The notes: generated by a model from the letters alone, not told the origin. A DNA stretch of 63,042 bases, filler included, from Choristocarpus tenellus KU-1152 (GCA_964200185.2; 7 parts of 7 records of this genome joined end to end with filler, not necessarily neighbours in it), one strand, 5' to 3'; shown: positions 39,501 through 52,610, numbered from the whole stretch's first letter. Translations and numbers: made by a program.

Positions 39501-41051
39501 CAGCCCCTACGTTGTTTTATTGCCGATCTTTGTGTCTTCCACTAATAAAACTCTTCCTACTCTTCCCCTGCCCCCCCCCCTCCCCCCCCCTCCCTGTTGT
39601 TTTCTCCCTCCAAATTCCTCACTGTGCTCTGTGCTGATGAACGTGTCTCATCTTGCAGGGGGAGCCAATCACATTGGCTCAGGTGGACCGGCTGGAGCTG
39701 CAATACACTTACGCAGATGGTGATGTATACAATTTCATGGATACCAAGACCTTTGAGGAGGTGTCCATCCCTTCTCCCATTATCGGTGACATGGTCGAAT
39801 TCATGTTTGAGGGCATGAACATGGAGGTGAGAGAGAGAGAGAGGAAGATTTAAAGGTTCTACCTCTGAGGAGGTGAGAGTAATCGCCGAAGACCTTGGCA
39901 GGCGTACTTGTGTGCGAGTTTATGTGCGTGCACTCTGTACTACTTAGGGTTACGTCATTTTTTGTGGCACATCTACCGCTTGGCTGTATACCGCTTGGTG
40001 TGTGTGCAGAGGTGGGGTGAAGGGCCGACCCATAGGGCGTGGCATTTGATTGCTGGTGAGATCGTGAAGTTCAGGGTGGGCTTGGCGTGAAGATGGTAGA
40101 AGAAGGGGCCTTGTCGGGAGAGGTACTGCGTGTTTTGCAACCCTTGCTCATGCCCACAGCCTGAAATAAATGACTTTGTGGTTGGAACCATCACACAGTT
40201 GTGTATGTGAGGGTGTAGTGTAGCATTCTATGTGAATCCGCTGGTGTGATTGATGGCACACTCATGAAGACTCCAGTCAGCCAGGAGAAGGTCTTCCTGC
40301 TTGCATGGGTTGTGATGGAAGCCTAGCGCATTTATGCTCTTGCACCTGAGTTGTTAACGCAGGACCCCTTCCCTCTTCCCCTCCCGCCCAGTCATGCCCA
40401 TACCTGACGCCTGCTGACATTTTTGTTTGTGCGGACCAATCAGGCAATGCAGTACAACGGGAAGATCATTGAAGTGATCATTCCAAAGACATTGTCGCTG
40501 ACAGTCACTCAGACTGATCCCGGTGAAAAGGGAAACACCGCACAGGGGGCTACCAAGGTTTGTAAAAGAGCTTGTAGGCTATAGCTTCTGATTGTACACA
40601 GAAACAGAGCATATGAGACGCGAGCATTGGTTTGCGCCCACTAGCCTGAATGGCACCTTTACTAGACATGGTTTCGGTTGCCTGGCTCAAGGGCACGGGT
40701 TCCTTTTGATTCCTAGACCTCATGTTGCACCCGAACAGGATACTTGTATGCCTGTTTCTATCCCACTTTCCTGTGTTTTTGATACGCTTTTCGAAGTGAC
40801 TTTTACCTGCACAAGAGGTTTCACCCCTTGCTCCTTAACATACCCGTGTTGATCTGACAATGGGAATCCTTTTTTTGTAGTATCGCACCATGGTGACACT
40901 GCTGCCCTTTTTTTGCCTGTTGAAATCTTTTCTTTTCTGCTAGCCTGCAACACTCGAGACTGGGGCGACGATCAATGTACCCCTGTTCATCAAAGAGGGA
41001 GAGAAGATTGTGGTCAACACAGAGGAGAAGAAGTACGTGTCAAGAGGGTAG
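36525..41051 (+). CDS. efp: Plastid-targeted translation elongation factor P, complete, 7 exons
   Basis: Exons 36525-36552, 37013-37062, 37415-37523, 38304-38422, 39659-39826, 40444-40557 and 40944-41051; presequence [21 protein letters not shown]; motifs [57 protein letters not shown] and VPLFIKEGE. Confidence 0.95.
38147..38331 (+). repeat. 93-bp tandem duplication spanning the EF-P intron 3 acceptor and the start of exon 4
   Basis: Copies start at 38147 and 38240 and differ at 3 internal positions. Confidence 0.95.
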
Positions 41052-41886
41052 AGAGGTCGAAGAGGTTGTGACTCTGACACAAGATTAGTGAATGCACTGG
41101 TGGTGTTTTGCTCGCAGAGACTGGATGTTAGCCTGATGAGGGGAGATTGATCATTCCCTTTCTTGTTTGTGTTAAGGGTACCGCATGAGACCTCAAGAAC
41201 GGGGGGAGTGTTCACTCTACAGTGGGATGGGGGCAGGTGAATGCTTTGTGGCAGCAATTTGAAGCAACTCTCTGTCCCTCTTCTGCTGAAGCTGGAGGTA
41301 TTTTAAAATATATGATGGAGAAATACAGCGGTGCCTGCTTGCATTCCCTTGAGTTTGCTTCCATATCGTAGAGCTCTGTTCAGTATCATGACTTAGAGTA
41401 GTGTGAAGCTGTGCAATTTTGACTGCTGGTGTGTTGGAAAGTTGAGAAAACGGCACCATGTATAGAGTGCACTCCGGTTGTGCTAGTGCTAGTTAGGTGA
41501 AGCGTGACTTCCCTCATTTCTTCCTCCAATGATGTGAGCACTTTGGTAAACAAGAGTTGTAACTCTAGTATCGTGCTCCTATCTGTTTCATGAGTTGGTC
41601 TGGAAAGGACTATCATAGCTATGTGTGACCAGGATCCATGCCATGGTGAGCTAATTTACCATCAGTTTCATAATATTTCGTGGGATAACCAAGCCGGTCT
41701 GTCCCTCCTTCATAGCCCTTGCTTGTTGTCATATGTCATGCTCTCGTGTGGGATTAGTGCTGATCAAAGTTGCCTCTATGCAGTACTACACACTCAGAAA
41801 TATTTCCGTACATTTGTGAGTAGGTTGTTTCCAACCTCTTCAGGCCTACAGTTGTGATAATATTAAAAGTTCACTTTGTTGCCCTA

Positions 41887-42610
41887 CAGTGCTGGCAGTC
41901 GCCTCCTGCACCAACTTTGTCGCGCCGTAACTTTTGATCAACAACAAATAGTTTCATGAAAATTCGTTTGTTATAATAGCATCAGCATGCTTAGCCTTAT
42001 TTGATGGGTCTCGGCTGTTGAACTTGCAGTAATCGTGAGAAGTACAGGACCATACTTAAATCAAGTAGTCCGCGCGCACGGTTCGCATGGGGGTGCCGCG
42101 AACCGCGCATTTGAGGATGATTTTGACGCCTAAAGAGGTCATCTTCACCCGGAGAACATGGGTGTAGTTGTCTCTCCATTCTCTTTCCATTATTTCTCGT
42201 TCATGCGATGTTATCACCTGCTGGCTAAGGCTCACTCATGGGGGCCCAGGCCTCTGAACCAGACAATACATTCCAAGTCAAATGAGGTATTCTTAAGGTG
42301 CAGGCCTCCTGTGAGACTTTAATGACTTGTACACCCTGTCCAATTTGGTGCACTCCATGCCTTTGTCATTGGAATATATCAGGTGGTAAACAATACTCAT
42401 CCTGAAGAACCTCTCTACAATTACTCTGGACAGCCCCCCTTGCTCCTTACGACTGCTAGGAATGTTGGCTCTCATTCCAGGCAACGTGTAGTCGCAGTGG
42501 CTTCGTACATAGTGTTTCGTCCGCCCCCAGACCATCTCAATCGGGTTCAATTCACAGTGGTACTTTAGCAGCATCAAGTAGTGTCCTCCAAGACGCTCAA
42601 CGAGAATCAT
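41887..42610 (-). mobile_element. IS630/Tc1-like DDE transposon, 3' fragment
   Basis: GHYLMLLKYHCELNPIEMVWGRTKHYVRSHCDYT (third catalytic E motif of DDE_3-type transposases); the likely end reads TA|CAGTG at 41885-41891, typical of Tc1. Confidence 0.75.
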
Positions 42611-42676
42611 GTCTTTTGAGTGGCTTAAATAGTATCAAGCCGAGGTTAGCCCACGTACCGTTTTGACGGTAACCAA

Positions 42677-42962
42677 TCTTGACTTTTTTTAAAGGGTTAC
42701 CCAACCAGTTAATCGACGACGAGTATATCAAATGAAAGCTCTGAATCTAAGCTATCGACTGGTGCAAACGAACTCTTTCGGAAAAATATTGTTGGTCGTG
42801 ATAATTCATTCCGGAACATCTCCAAGGTTGTGCCGAAAACATTCGGTTAAAATTTAACATTGCCAAAAAATTCCGAAAAATTTCCTTTGCACCACTAGAA
42901 CTTTCATTTGATATGCTCGTTGTTGTTTAACTCGTTGGGCAACCCATTCAAAAAAATCAAGA
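42677..42962. mobile_element. Foldback/MITE-like long imperfect inverted repeat
   Basis: Arms ~42677-42781 and ~42873-42962 are reverse complements (e.g. GAGTATATCAAATGAAAG / CTTTCATTTGATATGCTC). Confidence 0.7.
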
Positions 42963-44027
42963 CCGATCTCATAGTAGAGGCGACTGCCAACACTGTAACA
43001 TGTACGCTATGCAAATTGGACCAGTCACGGCCGCAATCTGCAGAGGATATACAGAAACACTTAGTACCGATCTGGCAATGGGGGTATTCATCACAATGAT
43101 ATGTATGGTGTGTTGTGAAGGTCTTGGTTCTCATCAGCTAGGAGCGAAGGAGTATGTTCGACAAACCCTCTTTGACAGAAAGTGAGAATATCCAGACCCA
43201 CCCATTTTCAGCATGTCTGCGATTTTGATTTTGTGTAACATGTGTAAATTTGGTCACCATGTGTTGCGTGATATCGCACTCCAGTTTACCACCATGGTCG
43301 ACGGAGCACGGCACTCACGATAATATAACAAGAGTATACTTCCTTCTTCAAATATTGCCCACGGTAAATGACGCCTCGACGAGGTTGCGGCTACGCTGAT
43401 CAACATGGATTGAAGAGGCAGGAAGATTTTAAGCATGATAACAAAGTGGTTGCCAGGTCAAGGTTAGTGATAGACAGTCGGAAGTGTTCACAACTTGTGC
43501 AACAAATCGCAGCACGTCTCTGTGCATGTACCATTAATAGAACATTTATTGAGGAAGTACTGCACACTTCGAAGAGTAGTCGGAGCAAGAGTTTAAAGTA
43601 TGTCCGAATTGGTGGTGGATAATGGGCGAAGTGGGATCTCCTCTGGTTACCACTGGAGCTGTTGAAATGTGTCAATCAACATGGCGAAACATTATTTCTT
43701 CTCTTAGCAGTCATCATCCTTGAACAGGTATCCATACTACATATTTTCATGGATAATACCCTAGTACCTATATACCCGAATCGTGCGTTCTCCCTTGCAA
43801 TATAAATTCCACACAGTAGCGCTGGAGGCTCCATCTTCCTAGGGGAGTTGTCTAACTGCATCTTGGGAAGCGTACCTTGAGTAGGTGGTGAGAAAGATTG
43901 TGCACGACGGGTGGGGCTACGTTGCACTTGGTAACCGATCTGTTGTATTGCTAGAAGTACATTGGGATAATAGATGGTGTGCAGACAAAATGTACAAGTA
44001 GTATGTGTCCCTCATTATTGCCATGTG

Positions 44028-44029
<2 letters not shown>

Positions 44030-44061
<32 letters not shown>
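44030..44061. repeat. (TA)n microsatellite
   Basis: Seen directly. Confidence 0.9.
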
Positions 44062-44063
<2 letters not shown>

Positions 44064-45309
44064 GATACTCTTTGTAGTGTGACGCAGGCAGGTTACCTTA
44101 TCTGATCTTCCTGTGTATTTTCCCTCCACAAGCACTTAGCCAGCTGAAGTGTTTGTATGCGTGTATGCTTTGGTGTCTTACAACCTCTCGCCATTGTTTC
44201 TCCATCCTTCTCTCCACACTTCATGATGAACACATTCTGTGGCCTCACGATATCGCACAAGTCACTTCTTCAGTCCACACACCTGACTCCCTTTGCTTTA
44301 TGAAGTGTGGTGTATGTGCTGGCTGATGCTAAAAGACCCGTAGTACCCAGTGAATCGAAAACAGTTATGAGTGTAGGTTAGATCGGATTTCGATTTTTAG
44401 ATGTGCCAGATTATTATTAAAATGTACAGCAACGCATGATAATGTTACTTGATGCGAGGGGTCAGGCATTGGGGGCCTGTGTGGCCCTGTAGTGATTTCT
44501 ATGTCATGTGAGTGAACCTGTCAGACGTAAAGGCAGTTTCTTCATCTGAGCGCACCTTCCCTTTCCATCCCCTTGCCTGAACCTCATTCTAACAAAATTC
44601 ACCTCAAAACGAGCATCCAACTGAGGTAACTTACAACACCTCGTCAACTCCGGAATGAACAACACAGGCTAAACATCCCCCCCTTAGGAAACCATTGCCC
44701 AAAGCTGATGACGTACCTATTACATACAGTATGTCTATGTTCATTGATTTTTAGGGACACTAACGTGCAGGGCTGGTGATGTGCTCAGTGTGCTGGAGTT
44801 GGCTGACTAGACGGCTAGACGACTCTTCACCGCCTGCAGAAAGACTGAACCTCTTGTAGTTAGGGTTAGGGGTAGAGTCAGCCTTAAAACTTGCATTTCG
44901 AGTCGTTTTCCATACAATATGTAATATTTATTGATTACTCTAAATACTTAGTACAATATATAATATCCAGTACTAGCGGTATATCTTCGAAGTCAGGAGG
45001 GAGAAAGAAGCAACATGTACGAAGAAAAACAGTTACGTTTTTTTTTTTTAGTCTGTATAGTGTGTTGTTTACTTTCTATACCACAGTCATGTTGTACTAG
45101 TATTTAGGAAAATCACACGCTGATGCAGTTCTTCTATTTGCTACTACTAGGTCATCCTAGCACTACGAAGAGTGCAGTCTATAAAGAATATCAAGAGTGG
45201 GTCACGTCTGGCCTGACCTGGTGCTTCCAGCTTGTGAAGCGCATGATGATGTGCTTTGATGGGAAGGACTACTTATTATGCCTTCTTCACAGCCCCCTTC
45301 ATGCCTTAA

Positions 45310-45402
45310 GACCCAAAGTATCTTGGGGGGGGGGGGGGTCTACCCCCGGGTGTCCATTTGGGCCATAACCAGGAAAAAGGCACTTCAATTATCCATCCGA
45401 CG
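45310..45402 (+). mobile_element. MITE family B left half at contig break
   Basis: TAA|GACCCAAAGTATCTTGGGG...GTCCATTTGGGCC...ATTATCCATCCGAC, colinear with the 12987 copy. Confidence 0.8.
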
Positions 45403-45502
45403 NNNNNNNNNNNNNNNNNNNNNNNNNNNNNNNNNNNNNNNNNNNNTTAATTAATTAANNNNNNNNNNNNNNNNNNNNNNNNNNNNNNNNNNNNNNNNNN
45501 NN
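45403..45502. other. Artificial contig-joining spacer
   Basis: Same linker. Confidence 0.98.
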
Positions 45503-45918
45503 CCTCCCGGGGGGGAGCCGGTAACGGTTTTGGTATGCTTATATATTAGTACTACTTGTCATATTAGAGTAACTAATAGTAGTAGTAGCAGTGGTGGTAG
45601 TAGTTTCGTTGTAATTGTGTGTTGTATCATCACCAGTGATAACATTTCACTATCTGATCTTTGTACGTACGTTCTTTCTCACGGATTGCATTCAGGCATC
45701 CCACCCCTCATATATATTCTGTTGAAAAGAAGGAACACCTCAAAACTATAGAGGAACTCTAGTTTAAAAAAATCGGATGGAATAGAACCATAACCCTCCG
45801 ATTCTTTGAGGTTGACGTAAAATCTCCATTTTCATTTCAACAAGGTGCAAATTGTTTGCATCAACATCCCCAATTCCTAGTGTGTTCCTGGCTGTACCGC
45901 ACTACTGTAGATGTAGAT

Positions 45919-48900
45919 ATGCTGTCCGCACTCGCAACATCTCGTGTGAACTTCCTTCGAAGAGTGCATGCGACAGCCGCATCGAGATCGCGTCTTAGTC
46001 AGAAACTCTACAGGGAGAGCCTGAGCAACCCAGTAAAGTACTCGCTGTCCATAGTTGCCCTTGGGACAGCAAAATGTGAAGGGCACACTCTTCCCAAGAA
46101 CGTTATCACCATACCTCATCATGCTATAGGGTGTTGGGATTTGATACCGACTCGCATCCAGCGCATCAACTTTCAAGTGTTGCGTAAAGTTCTGAGGGCG
46201 TTGAGGTCGATGTTGCGCGTTCTGTTTTTATTGGCGTTGTGGACTCCTGTTTGTGTTGGCGGTGCTCCCATTCTCCTCCTACAACGATTCGACCTACTCC
46301 CAGAATGTCTAAGGGAGTTGTGGTGGGATGCCTGCGTGAGAGTGGTGGAGCTCAGTGGCCCTGCTTTCGTGAAGGGAATCCAATGGGCGAGCACAAGAAG
46401 AGATATGTTTCCTGAGAGCTTCTGCGACAGGCGAGTTGTATAGGCCAAGTATGTTGTGACTGAGTGATATGTCGCACGAAAGAGCACATGGTAGGCTGGG
46501 TCGATACCCACCGGTTTGTATTGCCGTCATCCCTCATAGGTTTGGGAGGCTTCAGGTCTCCGTGAGGCCACGTGTTTGGCGCCACCCAGATGTCTTTCTT
46601 GACAATGCTTTTGGTCCAACATGGCGGGAATACTTGAAGCTCGACGTTGAAAAGCCCATTGGCTCTGGTTGCGTTGCTCAAGTCTACAAGGGAAAAATGT
46701 TACAAGGACTAGATGCAGGGTGTCTTGTTGCGATCAAGGTCGTTCACCCTATGGTAAAGTCTGGCATTAGGCTTGACATCAATCTGATGCGAGCAGTGGC
46801 AGATATGCTAGAACTCCTTCCGCGTCTTAGGTGGCTCAGCCTGAGAGAGAATGTACACGAATTTTCAGAGCTAATGGAGAACCAGGCAAGCACACCCCTT
46901 CACCATTCCGTCGAAACCTGCAACAGGAAGCTCTAGGTATAATCTTGGGAGAAGTTCTCACAACCTTGAAGTTTAGTAGCTACGACAGGAATTTTGTAGT
47001 TACGAATTTATGACAGGTGATCCCGGTCAGGGTGGTATCTGCAATTTTGAGACCTGCTTACTTTATTTACTGAACCAGCAATTATAGAGTCATACATCAC
47101 TCAAACTTTGCAAACTGATCTGCCCAGCTTGACCTGCGCTTGGAGGCGGAGAACTTGATGGAGTTCAGGCGAAATTTCATAGGTCATCCTGAGGTTGGCT
47201 TTCCACGTCCACTTTACCCCTGGGTCTCAGAGCATGCCTTGGTAGAAACCCTTGAGGTCAGTTTCCAAAAATTCATTTTTTGCATTTGGTATTGAGTCGT
47301 GTTTACACCACAGCATGCCTCAACTTGCCAGACACATTGCTTCAGAAGAATGTGAGGACTGGACGGAAGATCTTTGAGGAACGAACGTTCGGATCAGTGC
47401 TGCTACTTCAAATTTCGTGGGACGGGAAGGTTCTGAACGATAGAAGCTTTTTTACTGGGTTCCTACCATTGTGACTCGATCTATATGTTCATAATAAGCA
47501 CATCACAGACAGTTACACTTAACTGGTCCTCACTGTTGCAGGAAGGAAAGCTTGTGTCGTCCTTCTTTGATCACCAGGAAGGTTATGCCCTGGCACGCAT
47601 TGGACTGCAGTCTTTCCTTAAAATGGTAAGGTGGGCTGTCCATTCCACTTCCCAGTGATCCCCAGTCTCTGTTGGCTTCTCGATATGCTGTAGAGTAGAT
47701 GCTATGGAAGGCATAGTCCATCCTAACAAAGAGAAGAAGTTGCTAAGAAGTATGCGTATATATATCCTGTTATTATTGCTTATGAGGTAAGACTCAACAT
47801 GAAAGTTCATAGGGTGGTAGAAGAATAAACCGAGTTCCCTCTGTCCCAAAGCCCCTTCCAATTGCAAATGAGTGTGCACAGTACCCATCTATCTCCAGGT
47901 TGTTGATTCAGTAAATCTCTGTGCAATTCTTGTATTTCTTGTATTGAGTAGAGTCATGTTCCCGATCAGGCCCTGGTGATTTATCATTGAACAAGGGTTA
48001 TGTACAGGTCGGTGCATCTTTAACGATTGCCTTACTTTTGCCCTGAGTCCTGTATATGTGTATGGGTATTGAATTTCACAAGTGACTCAACGAAGTAACA
48101 ACCGGTTTACACTTGTCCTGCTGTAGAGCACTGGTGGAGTCCACATACCCAACCGGTTAGGTGTCAGTTGGTGATGATAGTGCCTCCCTGTTACATTATG
48201 TGTCCTGTAAGCTAAGTTGACATGTAAAATATTAACCTACTTCCTGTGTGAGTTGAAAGTGGGCCAATTGCTCCTTGGCTGGATAAAATGCCAAGTATAT
48301 CATTGAAGGTTTTAGCACAAGGGAACAAGCGATTGAAGAGTAGTTTGATTTTTTTTTCAATGAATAAATATGAAAATGTGGAGCATAGCACCACAATACA
48401 GTGAGTCAAAGTATCTTAGAGGGTAGAGCCACGTCCGTTTGGGGGCCAAAACCCAATGTTGCAATTTTGATGTAGTTTTGGCTATCATGTTTGTTAGGAA
48501 GTGTCAATACCCTTGTTCCGGACACACCTTTTCATAACATATATATTTTACCTACTCCGAAATGTTTCGGAGTAGGAAAATGTCATAAAAATACCGTGGG
48601 AAGTCAATCCCAAATGGACAAACTGGGCAAAACTCGTACCCTCTAAGATACTTTCACTTAGTAGCATACTTGGAAATCTAAACGCTGCAAGTCAGTTCAA
48701 TTATATCTGAATTTGAGTTTCTCTCGATGGCTAGGCCATAGGTTCTTTGCATCAGCCTCTTGACCGGAAGTAAATTGTAAGTGTGATGAGTAATGGTGTA
48801 TCCCTATTTCCAACCTGAAAAATTGTCCTTACTCTTACTATGTCACAGGTGTTCTTAGACAATTTTGTCCATGCAGATCTCCATCCTGGCAACATCTTGA

Positions 48901-50213
48901 TCACTTCACGAGCAGACGGCAAAGGGAGTAGATTGGTATTTTTGGATGCAGGGATTGTATGCAAGCTGGGGGATGCGGACAGAAGGAACTTTGTAGATCT
49001 CTTCTATGCTGTTGTTCTGGGTGATGGAAAGCGTGCGGGGAGGCTCATGATTGAGAGGGTACGATTAGGTTTGGATTGTTGCATATTTCGAATTTACTTA
49101 CTTGACACTTTGAAGTACATAGTGTTCCTGGAATATTTTCAAGTTGTACCTATGCTGTATGACACTGATGCCAAGGGTTAGGTGAGATCACAGAGTGAAT
49201 GAATGCTAGTGGCTGAGCGTGATATATAGGCTATCCGTATTGGTGGAAATGTTGCTTGTCATACCATATCCTCATCCCCTTCAAACTTGGCAACGCTTAT
49301 GAAGAGTGGATGTACAACTTGCTAAGAAGGGCATTGTTTTACTCATAGAGTTGCGACTGACAAATTGAGTCTCTAGTTCAAGACCTTGCCATTTACGTCG
49401 ATGGTGTATTCTGTGTGCTATAGTGGTCCAAATATGAGTATTCCAGGTGTCCACTGGGGAAAACCTCCTGACTGCTCTTGTTGTTCTCTACCTCTCGATT
49501 TGTAACTGATATGTCCTCACCAGGCTAGGGATCAGAAGTGCAGGGATGTTGAGGGATTCTGCACTGGAATAGATGAATTGGTGCAGGCAGCCAGAGCTAA
49601 CAGTCTCTGTCTCCGACAAATCCAGGTGGCAGAGATTATTGGGAAGGTGCTTCAACTTTGTCTCCATCATCAGGTCAAGCAAAACAATGCAGTGGAGGGT
49701 GCTTCTTCCAATACCGATTAGAGTGAAAAATATCTTGCTGAGTTAGGACAGTTTGATTTTCCCTCTTTGGGTAGAAGATTTTGTAGGGTGTGAGTTACTC
49801 GCTGTGTCTTAAATGCTTTGGTGTTTTCGCCTTACCCTGTAGCAGATACCTATTATTCTATGTCATCCTTCGCGCAAGCTACTTTATTGTCACATATTTC
49901 CTCTAGAATTTTGCAAAATCATCCCCTGGACCAAAAGATTGTAGTAGTTGAAATGGGTAAAGTCAGCGTGTAACCTTTGGCAAAATCGTTGGTCATGAAC
50001 CCCACTTTCCCACAAAAGCAGGTCAAGTTAGAGTCCCACTTCATGGCTGTGATACTTGCCATTGGAATCTTGGAGGGTGTTGGACGTAGCCTGGATCAAG
50101 ATTGTGACATATTGCATGCATCTCTTCCTGTTGTGGCCCAGGCCCAGCTTCAGCTGGCCTTAAGGAAAGGCTACGGGATAGAAGTCAACAGAACACTAGA
50201 ACACAGGAATTGA
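45919..50213 (+). CDS. ADCK2: ABC1/UbiB atypical kinase, ADCK2-like, probably mitochondrial, complete, 7 exons
   Basis: Exons 45919-46430, 46540-46885, 47128-47256, 47542-47625, 48849-49058, 49524-49673 and 50022-50213; motifs GPAFVKGIQWASTRRDMF, PIGSGCVAQVY, VAIKV, LDLRLEAENL, HADLHPGNIL, FLDAG and VKLESHF...LEGVGRSLD; introns 1 and 2 are GC-AG. Confidence 0.9.
48403..48659 (-). mobile_element. MITE family A, full inverted copy in kinase intron 4
   Basis: TIRs GAGTCAAAGTATCTTAGAGGGTA / TACCCTCTAAGATACTTTCACTT, AGT on both flanks; colinear with 6650-6909. Confidence 0.85.
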
Positions 50214-51779
50214 CGCTGGACCATCATACTTGATAGAGTTGGAAGTCATTGTTCACACGATATTTGTGGATAGTTTTGGCATTTCAATGGCAAAATACCT
50301 ACCTCATTATTGACAGAGTACTCCCTATCCGTGCTCACAATAATAACTCTTTGCATTTTCCCTTTTTCTAACTCGACTGTTGTGCATCCCTCTTGTCAGC
50401 ACCTGAGGTCCTTGTTTTTTCATATTACTGCAGCCTACATGTCCTATTTCTTCATATGCCTTTTTTGCCAACTCTTTGATCTGATCGTTGCTCTCTGTCC
50501 CGATGGTTTTCACAGTAAAACAATTTTTACACCTTTTTAGCCACACTGTACAATCCCACCCTTCATCATGGCGATTGGTCAGTCAACGATGTTTTGGGGC
50601 TTGCTTTCAGGCTTGTCACGACCCTACCTCTCGTGCACTTAGCTATGTGGACCACAGTTGTAGCTTCAATTTTATCCCAATCCTCTTGTGGGTGAACAAA
50701 TTTTCTAGGCTTGCAATAAGGAAGGGTGAATGAAGGTGGCTGTGGTCATCTCTACCTCCCATCATGTGTTTTCAAAGGGAAAGTGATGCTTCCATCACAA
50801 GAGATAGGAAGGAGCTAACTCTCATACACTCAGACGCTGTGGTGTGTCAACTTAATAAACGGAGTTGATCAGATGCCATATTTGTTCAATCACCACCCAC
50901 GTTCACCACACTACAGTCAGTTGCCAGTAGGACAGCCAAATACATGGTGAGGTTAAGGTATACCACAAAGGGGTCGTCGAGGATACTGTTAAGTTACGCG
51001 TTGAAAATATGGTCACGCACTCACTATCACATTTTAGTCCAAGACCTAGAATCATAATATCCTAGATGGCGGTTGCCGTTGAGTATAAGGGGCCTCTGTG
51101 ACTGCCTTCTGGCACATGTCCCTAGCACTCTGAAGGACAGTATAGTTCTTACTTGGACGATTCCTCATTTCCTCTTGTAGCCTCCTGACAAGGGCTACCT
51201 GCATTTTGAACTTCAGACTTGGAGGTGTCAGACAGGATATTTTACCCCCCTCACCAAACCGTCTGTTTGACAGTCATATAGCCGAGCACTTAATGAGGCT
51301 TTGTTATATCACCAAGGCATCACCCATGATTCCGTGTGTCATAACACTGCTACAACCACAAGGAACTTAAGAAACAGACCAACTCTTCCCAATACACTGA
51401 AAGGACTCCCATTAGTGAGTGTTAATAGGTTGGAATAAGAGGGTCATTGCACTGAGAACAATCAGTGTGAAGATAGGGGAAAATAGTGCCAGACTGCAAA
51501 TGAGCATCATTAGTCATCAAGGGTACCAAGTGCAAACCAAGCTAAATATCCCCAAGGGATACTCGCCTGCCTAGCTCATGGGAGGGCAAGTATGTACATG
51601 TAAACAATGCCTCTACAGATAGGTTATAAATTAGGGCAGGTGAATAGATCTCGCAGCTCGCCATAGTACAATTAGGAGAGCAACAATATCTACACTCAAT
51701 AAATACATATTATTCATCGCAACAGTGTGAGGGATCCCAGACCCGTGGTTGAAAAGGTAGTCCAAGAAGTCCATAAATT

Positions 51780-52170
51780 CTAAAGACAATAAAAAAAAAG
51801 AAAGCAAACCAATGAAAGGGAAAGAAAATAACTAACCTCCAGGTGAAAAAGAACTGCCACCACCCTCCCCAAAAAGTATCATTAGGAGAGGATAAGAAAA
51901 AAGAACAAAAGACGCAGAAAATCAATTTCAAATGAAAATAAGACGAGAAAGCAACTTTCAGCTGACAGGGCATTGTTGGTGTTGGTGTTGGTGTTGGTGA
52001 CTTGGGCGACCTTACTACATTAGTTATAACAGTTTCCTTGGAATGCCTTTGTCATGAAGCGTGTTGTGCCAGCAGTCATGCATTCATGCCACTTTGTTAC
52101 TACTGGTTGGCGACCCTGGCACTCCAATCCTCAAAGAAAGCCTACTATTACTCACCAACCCCAGCCAGTC
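51780..52170 (-). mobile_element. 3' end of the same LINE family as 22640-23750
   Basis: Minus-strand GGCATTCCAAGGAAACTGTTATAACT resembles GGCATTTCAAGGAACTGTGATAGCT at ~23610; both are followed by a (CAC/CCA) repeat and a pyrimidine tail. Confidence 0.55.
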
Positions 52171-52545
52171 ACCTAAAGTTCTTCACAGTGTATGTAACTG
52201 TCAACAAAATATTGTCTCACACTTGCCTCTTCTCTAACTTGTCGACCGTCGCGAATCTCTCCTCACTTCCCCACCAGTACTGTAGTGGTTCCAAGATGAC
52301 AACTGATCTTACTTAGAGCAGCCTGCCGTACTATGGGGGTTTGAATTGGGTAGTCGTCGATCTTATGGGAGGAGATCCACTTTTTTTAATTAACGGGAGA
52401 TCCACGACATCCTCCTTAACTAGACAAAAATTCTTCGTCATCATCTTGCGCTTTAATCCCGTAAATTTCGACAAGAAGCACGATATATACATACCTCCTA
52501 CTCTGAAATAATGGATGATGCTTATATTTTACTATTATGCCCTCT

Positions 52546-52610
52546 TGTGGAAAGCATGTTTGCCTGTTATTATACCGTTATTGACGTATGCCATATGCCG
52601 TTATACCGTG
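52546..52610 (+). repeat. Second copy of the TG-starting, LTR-like repeat at contig break
   Basis: Close match to 18362-18422. Confidence 0.6.

Noticed and set aside
39089-39637. 182-aa ORF
   Set aside because: Lies in EF-P intron 4, has no motif and has intron-like composition
42970-43620. Possible hAT/BED-finger relic (VTCTLCK...IQKHL; ARLCACTINR)
   Set aside because: Motifs are too weak and fragmented to support without a search
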